From positions 82,682 through 146,681 of the forward strand of contig JBOFFI010000035.1 in the NCBI GenBank assembly GCA_051648545.1: a DNA stretch of 64,000 bases. The letters are read 5' to 3'. Below the pieces are notes generated by a model. That model did not search any database. It saw only the letters and a program-made list of their open reading frames with translations, and was not told the origin of the DNA. A program made the position numbers and the translations under genes. Source of the stretch: Alphaproteobacteria bacterium. GTDB lineage: Bacteria; Pseudomonadota; Alphaproteobacteria; Holosporales; JBOFFI01. Below, one piece after another: positions 18,746-28,084 of the stretch (position 1 is the stretch's first letter; every line of letters starts with the position of its first letter).

Positions 18746-19449
18746 ACAGCCTCACGTTTGGTTTCGTTGTTGAAAAGCTTTTGGGAAAAAGAAGCAAGCT
18801 TTCCATCTTCTAGGTGAAGCACGGTATGGGGAAATTTTTGGAGCAATTCCTTGTTGTGTGTCGCCAGCACAACGGTTGTCCCAATCTTATGTAATTCTTC
18901 AAAAAGGTGAAAAAGTTTTAAAGCGCTCATGTCATCTACACTGCCTGTAGGCTCATCAGCCAACAAAAGCTTAGGCCTTGAGATAACCGCTCGGGCAATA
19001 GCAACCCGTTGTTTTTCGCCGCCGGAGAGTGCGTGGGGGGGAGCATCTAAAGCATCAACCCCCACCCATTTCAGAAGCTCTTTAGCCTGGTCTCTGCTTT
19101 TAAAGCCATCCAAGCCACGAATACGAAGCGGAAGCGCTACATTTTCGATAACAGTTAAATGACTTAACAATTTAAATTCTTGGAACACGATGCCCATGTC
19201 TTGCCGCAAGCGATTTTTTTGCGAAAGCGTCATTTTGGAAATTTCTTGACCGAAAAGCGTGAGCTTTCCCCATGTTGGTGCCAAGTTAAGATAAAGCAAT
19301 CTAAGTAAAGAAGATTTTCCGGAGCCACTTGATCCGGTCAAAAAATAAAAACCACCCGTCTCAAGAACAAAATTAAGGTTCTTGAAGAGAAGTCTTTGTT
19401 GATCATAGCTCAAACCAACTTGATCAAATGTAGCAATTGGCTGTACCAT
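18742..19449 (-). CDS. ftsE: Cell division ATP-binding protein FtsE
   Basis: Walker A GSSGSGKSS, signature LSGGEKQRVAIARA, Walker B LLLADEPTGSVD. Confidence 0.9.
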   Translation of the reverse strand: MVQPIATFDQVGLSYDQQRLLFKNLNFVLETGGFYFLTGSSGSGKSSLLRLLYLNLAPTWGKLTLFGQEISKMTLSQKNRLRQDMGIVFQEFKLLSHLTVIENVALPLRIRGLDGFKSRDQAKELLKWVGVDALDAPPHALSGGEKQRVAIARAVISRPKLLLADEPTGSVDDMSALKLFHLFEELHKIGTTVVLATHNKELLQKFPHTVLHLEDGKLASFSQKLFNNETKREAV

Positions 19450-19592
19450 AAAGACACCTTGTACACGAGATTTTCATTCGGGAAAAGAGGAAAACACCGT
19501 TTAATTTCATTTTACCCTTTATTTTTATAATGCTTAGCGTTTGAATCTGCTTGGAAAAAAATTAAAAACGAAAAATTAAATTGATATTTCTA

Positions 19593-19645
19593 AAGGAGGC
19601 TTTAGAATGATCTTCATGAAATTGTTTGATTATAAAGCCCGTTAA
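19593..19645 (+). promoter_or_regulatory. Candidate leader mini-ORF (12 codons) with strong SD immediately upstream of secA
   Basis: AAGGAGG 19593-19599, 7 nt spacer, ATG 19607; MIFMKLFDYKAR*; stop 19643-19645 overlaps the AAGGA that would serve as the secA SD (secA ATG 19655). Confidence 0.3.
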
Positions 19646-19654
19646 GGAAATAGT

Positions 19655-22351
19655 ATGTTTTCGTCTCTGATCCAGAAGATATTTGGCTCTGCGAATGAGC
19701 GCTTGGTGCGTAAGTTAACCCCTGTCATTGAAACCATTAACGACTTGGAACAACACGTTGCGTCCCTCACAGATGAACAGCTTCAGGCTCGCACGTCTTT
19801 GCTGAAGGAAAGGCTTGGGGCTGGAGAAACGCTGGATGATATTTTGCCGGATGCTTTTGCGACCGTTCGAGAGGCCTCCAAACGTGTTTTGGGGATGCGC
19901 CATTTCGACGTTCAGCTCAAAGGAGGGATCATCCTTCACCGTGGCATCATTGCTGAGATGAAAACAGGGGAGGGGAAGACTTTGGTGGCAACCTTGCCTG
20001 TTTACCTCAACGCGTTGTCTGGAAAAGGTGTGCACGTGGTAACGGTTAACGATTACCTTGCCCAGCGTGACTCAGACTGGATGGGGCGAATCTACAAATT
20101 TTTGGGGCTTTCCGTGGGGTGTATTGTGCACGGCCTCACAGACGAGGAGCGCAAAGAGGCTTATAACGCCGATATCACCTATGGAACGAACAATGAGTTT
20201 GGGTTCGATTATCTTCGGGATAATATGAAATTTCAGCTGGAATCTATGTGTCAGCGCCCCTTCAATTACGCCATTGTTGATGAGGTTGATAGCATTTTGG
20301 TGGATGAAGCCAGAACCCCTCTCATTATCTCTGGTCCTGCGGAAGATTCTTCAGATTTATACCGGGCAACGAATCTGCTCATTCCCCTCTTGAAAGAGGA
20401 AGACTATGAAAAAGATGAAAAAGCGCGTTCTGTCACCCTTACGGAAAAAGGGATGGAGCACATCGAAGAGATCGTGAAAGAACAAGGTCTTGTCAAAGGT
20501 GACAAGCTCTATGATGTCCAAAATATCGCCTTGGTTCACCATATTAATCAAGCGTTAAAATCCCACAAAATTTTTGTGCGGGATGTGGATTATATCGTCA
20601 ATGAAGGCAAAGTTGTCATCATCGATGAATTTACAGGGCGCATGATGGAAGGGCGACGCTATTCAGATGGCTTGCATCAAGCCATCGAAGCCAAAGAAGG
20701 CGTGGATATTGAGATGGAAAACCAGACTTTGGCTTCCATTACGTTCCAAAACTATTTCCGTCTCTATCCAAAGCTTGCAGGGATGACAGGAACAGCCATG
20801 ACGGAGGCTTCAGAATTTGGCGATATTTATCGCTTGGATGTGGTGGAAGTCCCCACCCATGTTCCGGTTCAACGCAAAGATTTAGATGATGAGGTTTACC
20901 GCACCTTTGAAGAAAAAGTGGAAGCGGTGGTGACGCTGATCAAAGAATGTCAAGGGCGCAATCAGCCTGTTTTGGTTGGAACCGTCAGCATTGAAAAATC
21001 TGAAATTTATTCGGCGTGTTTGAAAAAACATAAAATTCCTCACCAGGTGTTGAACGCACGTCACCATGACAAGGAAGCTATGATTATTGCGGAGGCTGGG
21101 GGCCTTGGCGCTGTAACCATCGCAACCAACATGGCGGGGCGTGGCACTGACATTAAACTGGGGGGAAATTTAGAAGTTCGCCTTCAAAAAGAGCTGCGCG
21201 GGATAGAGGATTCTGAAAAACGAGCTGCTCTTGAGAAAAAAATTCGCGAAGAGATCGAAACCCAAGAAAAATTGGTGAAAGAAGCAGGTGGGTTGTGTGT
21301 GATCGGGACAGAACGCCATGAAAGCCGCCGCATTGACAACCAGTTGAGGGGACGCTCAGGGCGTCAGGGAGATCCTGGGCTGTCTAAGTTTTTCTTGTCC
21401 CTTGAGGACGATTTGATGCGGATCTTTGGCTCAGAACGTCTGGATAGCTGGCTTCAAAAGCTGGGCATGAAGCCAGGTGAAGCTATCACCCACCCTTGGA
21501 TTAACCGCGCTTTGGAAAAAGCTCAGCAGAAAGTGGAAGCTCGAAATTACGATATTCGTAAGCACTTGCTGCGCTATGATGATGTGATGAATGCGCAACG
21601 CAAAGCCATTTATGAGCAACGGCTAGACTTTATGCAGCAAGATGATCTGCAGGACGCTGTTCTCCACATGCGAGATTCTATGGTAGAGCGGATGCTTCAG
21701 CGTTGCATTCCAGAGGGAAGCTACCCTGAACAATGGGATGTTCATGGCATGCATGAAGAGGCCCTTCGCATTTTTGGCCTTGATGTGCCTTTCAAGGATT
21801 GGGCTGAAGAAGAGGGGATTGCTCGGGAGCTTGTCCACACACGGCTTCAAGAGATTTTGCAAGCTCACATGGTCCGAAAAGAGGAAGTTTATACGTCAGA
21901 AGCGATGCGCTTGACGGAAAGAGGCATCTTGCTTCGCACCCTGGACCACCTGTGGAAAGATCACCTCCATTCCCTTGATCACCTTCGCCAGGGGGTGCAC
22001 TTACGCGCCTATGCCCAGCGAGACCCTTTGAATGAGTATAAACAAGAAGCTTTTGGGATGTTTGAAGAGATGCTGGACCGTCTTCAAGAAAATGTGACCT
22101 TGTTCTTGTGTCATTTTGAGCCCCATTCAGGGCACTCTCAACCTTCTTTGGGAGATTTTTTCCAAGACCATTTAGGGAGATCTGGACAAGGGAGGTTTGT
22201 GTTTCAAAAGGATGCGGCTTCTTTTGGAAGTGATGATGTGGGGGAAGCTTTGGCTGGTTTCTCTCCAGAAGAACAGGAAGAACTCCCGCGCAATGCCCCT
22301 TGCCCCTGTGGCTCTGGAAAGCGGTTCAAAAATTGCCACGGCCAGCTTTAA
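19655..22351 (+). CDS. secA: Preprotein translocase ATPase SecA
   Basis: 898 aa; Walker [13 protein letters not shown]-like [19 protein letters not shown]-terminal zinc site [14 protein letters not shown]. Confidence 0.97.
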   Translation: MFSSLIQKIFGSANERLVRKLTPVIETINDLEQHVASLTDEQLQARTSLLKERLGAGETLDDILPDAFATVREASKRVLGMRHFDVQLKGGIILHRGIIAEMKTGEGKTLVATLPVYLNALSGKGVHVVTVNDYLAQRDSDWMGRIYKFLGLSVGCIVHGLTDEERKEAYNADITYGTNNEFGFDYLRDNMKFQLESMCQRPFNYAIVDEVDSILVDEARTPLIISGPAEDSSDLYRATNLLIPLLKEEDYEKDEKARSVTLTEKGMEHIEEIVKEQGLVKGDKLYDVQNIALVHHINQALKSHKIFVRDVDYIVNEGKVVIIDEFTGRMMEGRRYSDGLHQAIEAKEGVDIEMENQTLASITFQNYFRLYPKLAGMTGTAMTEASEFGDIYRLDVVEVPTHVPVQRKDLDDEVYRTFEEKVEAVVTLIKECQGRNQPVLVGTVSIEKSEIYSACLKKHKIPHQVLNARHHDKEAMIIAEAGGLGAVTIATNMAGRGTDIKLGGNLEVRLQKELRGIEDSEKRAALEKKIREEIETQEKLVKEAGGLCVIGTERHESRRIDNQLRGRSGRQGDPGLSKFFLSLEDDLMRIFGSERLDSWLQKLGMKPGEAITHPWINRALEKAQQKVEARNYDIRKHLLRYDDVMNAQRKAIYEQRLDFMQQDDLQDAVLHMRDSMVERMLQRCIPEGSYPEQWDVHGMHEEALRIFGLDVPFKDWAEEEGIARELVHTRLQEILQAHMVRKEEVYTSEAMRLTERGILLRTLDHLWKDHLHSLDHLRQGVHLRAYAQRDPLNEYKQEAFGMFEEMLDRLQENVTLFLCHFEPHSGHSQPSLGDFFQDHLGRSGQGRFVFQKDAASFGSDDVGEALAGFSPEEQEELPRNAPCPCGSGKRFKNCHGQL

Positions 22352-22366
22352 AAGAGAGGCTTTTTT

Positions 22367-24055
22367 TTGGAAACGTCCGTTAAAGCGATCTGGTTTTATT
22401 TAAGCCCTTGGTGGAGATCTGAAGAAAAGGGGTTTGCCTGGACTTCACTCATTTTTTTGATTGTCTTGAGCGTTCTCTCCGTTTATTTAGCGGTGGTGAT
22501 GAACGCATGGCAAAAAAAATTTTTCGATGCTTTAGAAAAAAAAGATCTGGATGCTTTTTTACAACAGCTGCTCTTCTTTGTTCCCCTAGTGTCCGTGATG
22601 TTGGCAGAATTTTGCACCCGCAACTATATGACCAATTGGATCAGCTTTCGGTGGCGCCGATGGATGACCCGGGAGATGAAAGAAAAATGGTTTTCCACCA
22701 AGGGATACTACAGGGTCCCTCTGGAAACCCATGAGCTGGACAACCCAGATCAGAGAATTGCCCAAGATGCAGACACATCCACGGCTGGCATTTTGTCGTT
22801 ATTTTTGATTTTTTTTAAAGAAGGGATCAATTTTTTCACCTTTTCAACGATGTTGTGGGGGCTCTCCCAGCACCTTCCGTTGGTGATCGGAGAGCATCGC
22901 TGGATGATTCCTGGCTTTTTACTTTGGGCGGCGTTGGGATATTCTTTTCTGGGTATCGTGATTATTTTTAAAATAGGAAAGCCTTTGATCGGCCTTGACC
23001 GGGAGCAAGAAAAGCGGGAGGCAACCTTTCGCTACCGACTGATTCGTGTGGTCGAAAGGCGAGAAGAGATTGCAAGCTTGGGAGGAGAATTTGCGGAAGC
23101 CAAGGGGCTTGAAAGCGTTTTTCAAACCATCACCCAAAATTATTATGCCATTTTAAAGCGTCATATCTATATCAACTTTTTTCAAAATTTTTATTTGAAT
23201 ACGGGGCACTTTATCCCTATTTTCATCGCAGGCCCCACTTATTTTGCAGGGCTGATCACCATGGGAATTTTGATGCAGATTAAGGGCATGTTTGGGGAAG
23301 TTTATGATTCCGCATCGCTTATTGTGTTTAAATTTCAACAAATTGCCAGCATTTTGGCCTCTCTTCAGCGCATTTTAACCTTCCACAGATTGCTTGAGCA
23401 TGGGGCTGATCAAGCAGCTAAAAAAATTCAGCGCAAAGCTTCTTATCTTCAAATCCAACAACTCACTTTGCTTTCACCCAAAGGCGATGTGATTTGGCAG
23501 GTGCCCCCCTTTGACCTTAAACCGGGGGAGCATAAGCTGTTGATGGGGCCTTCGGGCATTGGAAAAACCACGCTGCTTCGGGTGATGAAGGGGATCTATC
23601 CGTTTTATGAGGGAATTTTTAAACGACCTGAACAGATGCTGTTTGTGCCCCAGCGGCCTTATATGCCTGTGGGGACGTTACGTGCATGCCTATCTTACCC
23701 TTCAGCACCTTTGGGAGATGATCTCTTAAAGCCCTTATTGGAAGCTTGCAAATTGGCTCATTTAACCCCACAGTTGGATGAAGAAGCAGATTTTCAGCAA
23801 ATTTTATCCCTGGGAGAGCAACAGCGCATTAATTTTGTTCGGATCTTAGCCCATCAGCCCAAGTGGTTGGTTTTGGACGAGCCAACATCCCAATTAAATG
23901 AAGATTATCGAGATGATTTGCTGCGTCTTTTGAAGGATCGCCTTCCAAAATCTGGCATGCTCATTATTACCCATCAAAAACTCCCTTTATTTCCTGATAT
24001 CATTCAAGCGATCCCTTCAACGGCACAGGCTGTTTATGCTAACCCTCTCTCTTGA
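22367..24055 (+). CDS. ABC transporter, fused permease/ATPase of the SbmA-BacA / YddA (ABC_membrane_2) type
   Basis: 562 aa; TMD with WRRWMT..YY..DNPDQRIAQD motif typical of this family; Walker A GPSGIGKTT, signature LSLGEQQR, Walker B LVLDEPTS; TTG start with AGAGAGG upstream. Confidence 0.85.
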   Translation: METSVKAIWFYLSPWWRSEEKGFAWTSLIFLIVLSVLSVYLAVVMNAWQKKFFDALEKKDLDAFLQQLLFFVPLVSVMLAEFCTRNYMTNWISFRWRRWMTREMKEKWFSTKGYYRVPLETHELDNPDQRIAQDADTSTAGILSLFLIFFKEGINFFTFSTMLWGLSQHLPLVIGEHRWMIPGFLLWAALGYSFLGIVIIFKIGKPLIGLDREQEKREATFRYRLIRVVERREEIASLGGEFAEAKGLESVFQTITQNYYAILKRHIYINFFQNFYLNTGHFIPIFIAGPTYFAGLITMGILMQIKGMFGEVYDSASLIVFKFQQIASILASLQRILTFHRLLEHGADQAAKKIQRKASYLQIQQLTLLSPKGDVIWQVPPFDLKPGEHKLLMGPSGIGKTTLLRVMKGIYPFYEGIFKRPEQMLFVPQRPYMPVGTLRACLSYPSAPLGDDLLKPLLEACKLAHLTPQLDEEADFQQILSLGEQQRINFVRILAHQPKWLVLDEPTSQLNEDYRDDLLRLLKDRLPKSGMLIITHQKLPLFPDIIQAIPSTAQAVYANPLS

Positions 24056-24713
24056 AACAGCTTTACAAGGGTTTGGCGCGGCGCTTCACAGGGAAGATGT
24101 TTTGCTAGCCCATCGTTTTAACCCAGAGCCTCGTCAGGCGTCAGGTGCGCTGCTTCCCATGGTGGAAGAGCTGTTGGAGGAGTCAGGATTGTCCCCCAAC
24201 GCACTCCAAAAAATTGTAGTCAACAGAGGGCCAGGCTCTTTTACAGGCATTCGGTTGGGGATGGCAACGGCCCAAGCCCTTTCTTTGGGGCTAGGAATTT
24301 CGTGGGAATCTGTCACAAGTTTTGAAATTGCGGCCTATGCTTCTGTTTGCGAGCTTCAACACATGTTCAAGCCAGCACTGCCGGTGTGGCTGCTTGTGGA
24401 TACAAAAGGGTTTCAGATGGGGTGTGCGGCTTTTTTTTTGGAAGAAAAAGCTATTTTAGAGCCGTTTTATGGAACGCCTCAAGATATCGCCAACACATTA
24501 TCTGGAAAAAACGGCGTGATCCTAGGAACGGGGCTTGAACGTTTAAAGGCTCATTTACCAAATCTGGATGCATTTTTGTTTCATGAGCTTTCAACAGCCT
24601 CCCTCGCTTCTTTTTTGGGGGCCTATGTCCAAGATTCTGATCGTTTTACATTACACGGAACAAGCCAGGATGAATCTCCCCTTTATGGGCTTCATCCTTA
24701 TGCGCTTTCGTAA
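24036..24713 (+). CDS. tsaB: tRNA t6A biosynthesis protein TsaB (YeaZ)
   Basis: 225 aa; NRGPGSFTGIRLGMATAQALSLGLG motif. Confidence 0.85.
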   Translation: MLTLSLETALQGFGAALHREDVLLAHRFNPEPRQASGALLPMVEELLEESGLSPNALQKIVVNRGPGSFTGIRLGMATAQALSLGLGISWESVTSFEIAAYASVCELQHMFKPALPVWLLVDTKGFQMGCAAFFLEEKAILEPFYGTPQDIANTLSGKNGVILGTGLERLKAHLPNLDAFLFHELSTASLASFLGAYVQDSDRFTLHGTSQDESPLYGLHPYALS

Positions 24714-24814
24714 ATAATTTTCTAGTCTATCCCAAAAAAACTATTTGCGACAATTCAATTCGGCGTTACAGTATCTTCTTTAGGCACTTTTGAAATCGAA
24801 GATGTTGAATTATC

Positions 24815-25951
24815 ATGTCAGTATTTGATTTGTCACGGTCAAACCGTACCCCCCTCGGCAAGTGGTGGTGGACTGTGGATTGGTGGATTCTTGTATCGCT
24901 TTTTCTCTTGCTGGGTGTCGGCGTGCTCTTTGTGCTTGCTGCCAGCCCTGCGGTAGCTCAGCAGCATGCCTGGAGCACGTTTTACTTTGTTAAGCGTCAC
25001 CTGATTTTATTTTTCCCCTCTGTTTTTTTGATGGTTGGCATATCCCTTCTGAATTTGCGCCAAATACGCCGTTTGGCCCTTATGCTATTCGGGTTCAGCC
25101 TCTGCCTCTTGGTGGCAGTCCTTGTGGTGGGGGCGGAGATAAAAGGGGCAAGGCGTTGGATGAATGTGCTAGGTTTCTCGCTTCAGCCCTCTGAATTCAT
25201 AAAACCAGCCCTGATTATCTTATGCGCTTGGATGTTTTCAGAGCAAAAAAAAGACCCGACTTTTCCAGGTAACCTTATGGCGATGTTCCTTTATGGCCTC
25301 ACCGTGGTGTTGTTTATGTTGCAACCCGATTTAGGCATGGTGGTCCTTACAACAACCGTCTGGTTTGTACAATTTTTCCTGGCGGGGCTTTCTATGGTTT
25401 GGGTTGTCTTTTTTGCTTTATCAGGGGCGGGCGGGCTGTTAGGTGCCTACCTTTTGTTTCCTCATGTGACCTCTCGCATTGATCGCTTTTTAAACGCTGG
25501 AGAAGGTGACCGGTTTGGCGGCCAATTCCAGGTTCATCAATCCCTTGAAGCTTTCTCCCGGGGAGGATTTTTGGGACAAGGCCCGGGAGAGGGAACCGTT
25601 AAAAAATGTCTCCCTGATGCCCATGCTGATTTCATCTTTGCTGTGGGCGCTGAAGAATTTGGGATCCTTTTTTGTTTAGGCATTGTGTTGATCTATGCTT
25701 TCATTGTTTTACGCTGCTTGTTTAAGCTGTTCCAAGAGCATGACTTATTTGCGCTTCTCGCAACGGCTGGCCTGGCGTGTCAGCTGGGCCTTCAAGCTAT
25801 CATCAACATGGCCTCTACCCTTCACCTTATTCCACCTAAGGGGATGACCCTGCCTTTTATCAGCTATGGAGGCTCTTCTCTGCTGGCAATCTCCATCGGC
25901 ATGGGGATGTTGCTGAGCCTAACCCGTCGCCGAATTGAGGGGATCCCTTGA
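24815..25951 (+). CDS. ftsW: SEDS-family peptidoglycan glycosyltransferase FtsW
   Basis: 378 aa; LQPSEFIKPALII, LQPDLG, PDAHADFIFA, GMTLPFISYGGSS; directly followed by murG. Confidence 0.9.
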   Translation: MSVFDLSRSNRTPLGKWWWTVDWWILVSLFLLLGVGVLFVLAASPAVAQQHAWSTFYFVKRHLILFFPSVFLMVGISLLNLRQIRRLALMLFGFSLCLLVAVLVVGAEIKGARRWMNVLGFSLQPSEFIKPALIILCAWMFSEQKKDPTFPGNLMAMFLYGLTVVLFMLQPDLGMVVLTTTVWFVQFFLAGLSMVWVVFFALSGAGGLLGAYLLFPHVTSRIDRFLNAGEGDRFGGQFQVHQSLEAFSRGGFLGQGPGEGTVKKCLPDAHADFIFAVGAEEFGILFCLGIVLIYAFIVLRCLFKLFQEHDLFALLATAGLACQLGLQAIINMASTLHLIPPKGMTLPFISYGGSSLLAISIGMGMLLSLTRRRIEGIP

Positions 25952-27105
25952 CCATGGAAGCTATTGAACCCATAGCTGAACCCATGCGTGTTGTCTTGGC
26001 AGCGGGGGGAACCGGAGGCCATTTATTCCCTGCAGAGGCTGTTGCAAGGGCGCTTCACCCTGCTCGGGTTACCCTGGTCACGGACGAAAGGGGGGCTCGT
26101 TTTGCCCATGGATCAGCTTTTGAAACGGTTTTAACCCTTGCATCCCCAAGCTCCAAAGGCTATTTCGGCAAGCTGGTGTTTCTTTGGGGCAGCTTTTTTC
26201 GGTCTTTACGGTTTTTGTATGCCTTCAAACCCCAGGTCGTTTGGGGCTTTGGGGGGCTCGCAACCCTGCCCGTTCTTTTGGCTGCCTGGGTGTTGCGTAT
26301 TCCAAGGGGAATTCACCAGGCAGATCGTGTGTTAGGAAAAACCAATCACCTTTTGTCTTATCTAGCAGAAACCCTCGCCATCACCTTTCCTGTTTGGACT
26401 CAGGCGCCACGTCAGCCTTCTTCGCGCATCGCCCAAGAGATCACAGGCCTGCCTGTTCGCCCCGACATTGAAGCTGCTGCCAACGCACCCTATCCGCAAC
26501 GCACCCAAGGCGAACCTTTCCATCTGTTGGTGCTGGGGGGAAGCCAGGGGGCAACAGTTTGGGGAACGATCCTGCCAACGGCTGTCTTTCAACTATCTCC
26601 TGAAATTCAGCAACAGCTTCAGATTGTGCACCAATGTCCCCAAGGGAATCTTGAAGCCCTTGAAAAAGCCTACCAGCAAACCCACGCGAAGGTTACCTTA
26701 ACACCGTTTGTTGAGGAGATGGCCCAGGCGCTGGTTCAAAGCCACGTGGTGTTTGCCAGATCAGGGGCGTCGACCCTCGCAGAGCTCAGCGTTGTGGGAA
26801 GGCCCGTGTTTTTGGTTCCCTATCCCTCGGCCATGGATGATCACCAAACTGCGAACGCAGCGTATATTGTGGAAAGCGGTGGGGGATGGATGCTTCCCCA
26901 GGCAGACCTCACCCCAGAAAAAATAGCGGCTTTGCTGGGCCACTGGATTTCCTCATCGGAGATCCTTGAAAAAGCTGCCCAACAGATGGGAGGATGCCTT
27001 CCGTCAGGGGGGGCTGCTCGCTTGGCCGCGCTGATTGTGAAGAAAAAACATGGGGAAAAAGCTTCCAGGTTGCAAAAACGGCTTTTGGGATCGATTGACT
27101 TTTAA
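25948..27105 (+). CDS. murG: Lipid II synthase MurG (UDP-GlcNAc:undecaprenyl-PP-MurNAc-pentapeptide GlcNAc transferase)
   Basis: AAGGTGGHLFPA, LGGSQGA, ARSGASTLAEL; start TTG 25948 or ATG 25954. Confidence 0.9.
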   Translation: MTMEAIEPIAEPMRVVLAAGGTGGHLFPAEAVARALHPARVTLVTDERGARFAHGSAFETVLTLASPSSKGYFGKLVFLWGSFFRSLRFLYAFKPQVVWGFGGLATLPVLLAAWVLRIPRGIHQADRVLGKTNHLLSYLAETLAITFPVWTQAPRQPSSRIAQEITGLPVRPDIEAAANAPYPQRTQGEPFHLLVLGGSQGATVWGTILPTAVFQLSPEIQQQLQIVHQCPQGNLEALEKAYQQTHAKVTLTPFVEEMAQALVQSHVVFARSGASTLAELSVVGRPVFLVPYPSAMDDHQTANAAYIVESGGGWMLPQADLTPEKIAALLGHWISSSEILEKAAQQMGGCLPSGGAARLAALIVKKKHGEKASRLQKRLLGSIDF

Positions 27106-27166
27106 TTTTTTATCATCCATGATGGGGCCTAATTTTGTTTAGCAAAAACAAGAATGGAGAAAGTTT

Positions 27167-27301
27167 ATGAAGCGTACGTTCCAACCCAGCCGACTCGTTC
27201 GGGCAAGACGCCACGGTTTCAGATCCCGTATGGCGACTCCCGGTGGGCGGAATGTCATTTCGAGGCGGCGCGCAAAGGGACGCCTTCGGTTATCTGCTTA
27301 A
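27167..27301 (+). CDS. rpmH: 50S ribosomal protein L34 (44 aa; below ORF-track cutoff)
   Basis: [44 protein letters not shown], translated by hand; followed by rnpA-yidD-yidC. Confidence 0.92.
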   Translation: MKRTFQPSRLVRARRHGFRSRMATPGGRNVISRRRAKGRLRLSA

Positions 27302-27366
27302 TTGGGGTGAGTGCGCCTTTTGGGTGTGCTCAAAACCCTTAGAATTTAAGAACAGGAAAGTTCCAG

Positions 27367-27741
27367 TTGGGCATTTGTACATTAAAGAAACGGCGTCAAT
27401 TTTTGGCGGTTTCTGGTGGTAAAAAATGGGTTGCCCCAGCTTTTATTCTTCAAAAAGGCCAAGCGGCTTCTTCTGACACGGCACCTTCTTTTGGGTTTGT
27501 TGTAACCCGGAAGATGGGTAAAGCTGTTGTTCGTAACCGTGTTCGACGCCGTCTTAAAGAGGCCATCCGTGGTCTTTTGAAAGAAGATTTTCCAGTTCAA
27601 CTGGCGCATTATGTGTGTGTTGCCCGCGGGGAGGCGAAAGAAATTTCTTTCCCTGTTTTGCTAGAACAACTGAAGCGGGCGTTTGTTTTTCTACGGGGAG
27701 GTTCAAAGCGTCCCAGGGAAACGGCTTTGTCCCTTGAGTAG
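27367..27741 (+). CDS. rnpA: Ribonuclease P protein component
   Basis: 124 aa; LKKRRQF, FGFVVTRKMGKAVVRNRVRRRLKEA; TTG start. Confidence 0.85.
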   Translation: MGICTLKKRRQFLAVSGGKKWVAPAFILQKGQAASSDTAPSFGFVVTRKMGKAVVRNRVRRRLKEAIRGLLKEDFPVQLAHYVCVARGEAKEISFPVLLEQLKRAFVFLRGGSKRPRETALSLE

Positions 27742-27748
27742 CGCCATC

Positions 27749-28084
27749 ATGATTTCTTCTTTTTTAAAGCTTTCCTTGGGGTTTGTTGCTTCCCTTGCTT
27801 TAAGGTTTTACCAGGTGTTTCGCCCCTTTTTTGTGGCACACCCCGGCCCAACCTGCCGCTTTGTTCCCACGTGTTCAGTTTACTGCGTTCAGATGCTTGG
27901 GCGCTTTGGCCTTTGGAAAGGGCTTTTGCTTACAGTGAAAAGGTTGTTAGCCTGTCACCCTTGGGGCGCTTCAGGTGTTGATTTTCAAGATGAATCTGCT
28001 ACAGTCATCCCGGACGTTACCCTTCACGAGAGCAGTGTTAAAGGTAAAATGCTTCAAAAAAAGAAAAGAGATTTAAACGTATGA
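27749..28084 (+). CDS. yidD: Membrane protein insertion efficiency factor YidD (with about 35-aa C-terminal tail)
   Basis: Core YQVFRPFF..TCRFVPTCSVYCVQMLGRFGLWKGLLLTVKRLLACHPWGASGVD; start ATG 27749; stop overlaps the yidC start (ATGA). Confidence 0.8.
   Translation: MISSFLKLSLGFVASLALRFYQVFRPFFVAHPGPTCRFVPTCSVYCVQMLGRFGLWKGLLLTVKRLLACHPWGASGVDFQDESATVIPDVTLHESSVKGKMLQKKKRDLNV

Noticed and set aside
27154-27342. 62-aa ORF from the ORF track ([12 protein letters not shown]...)
   Set aside because: It is the wrong frame. The +1-shifted 44-codon frame 27167-27301 encodes an unmistakable L34 ([22 protein letters not shown]...), upstream of rnpA.
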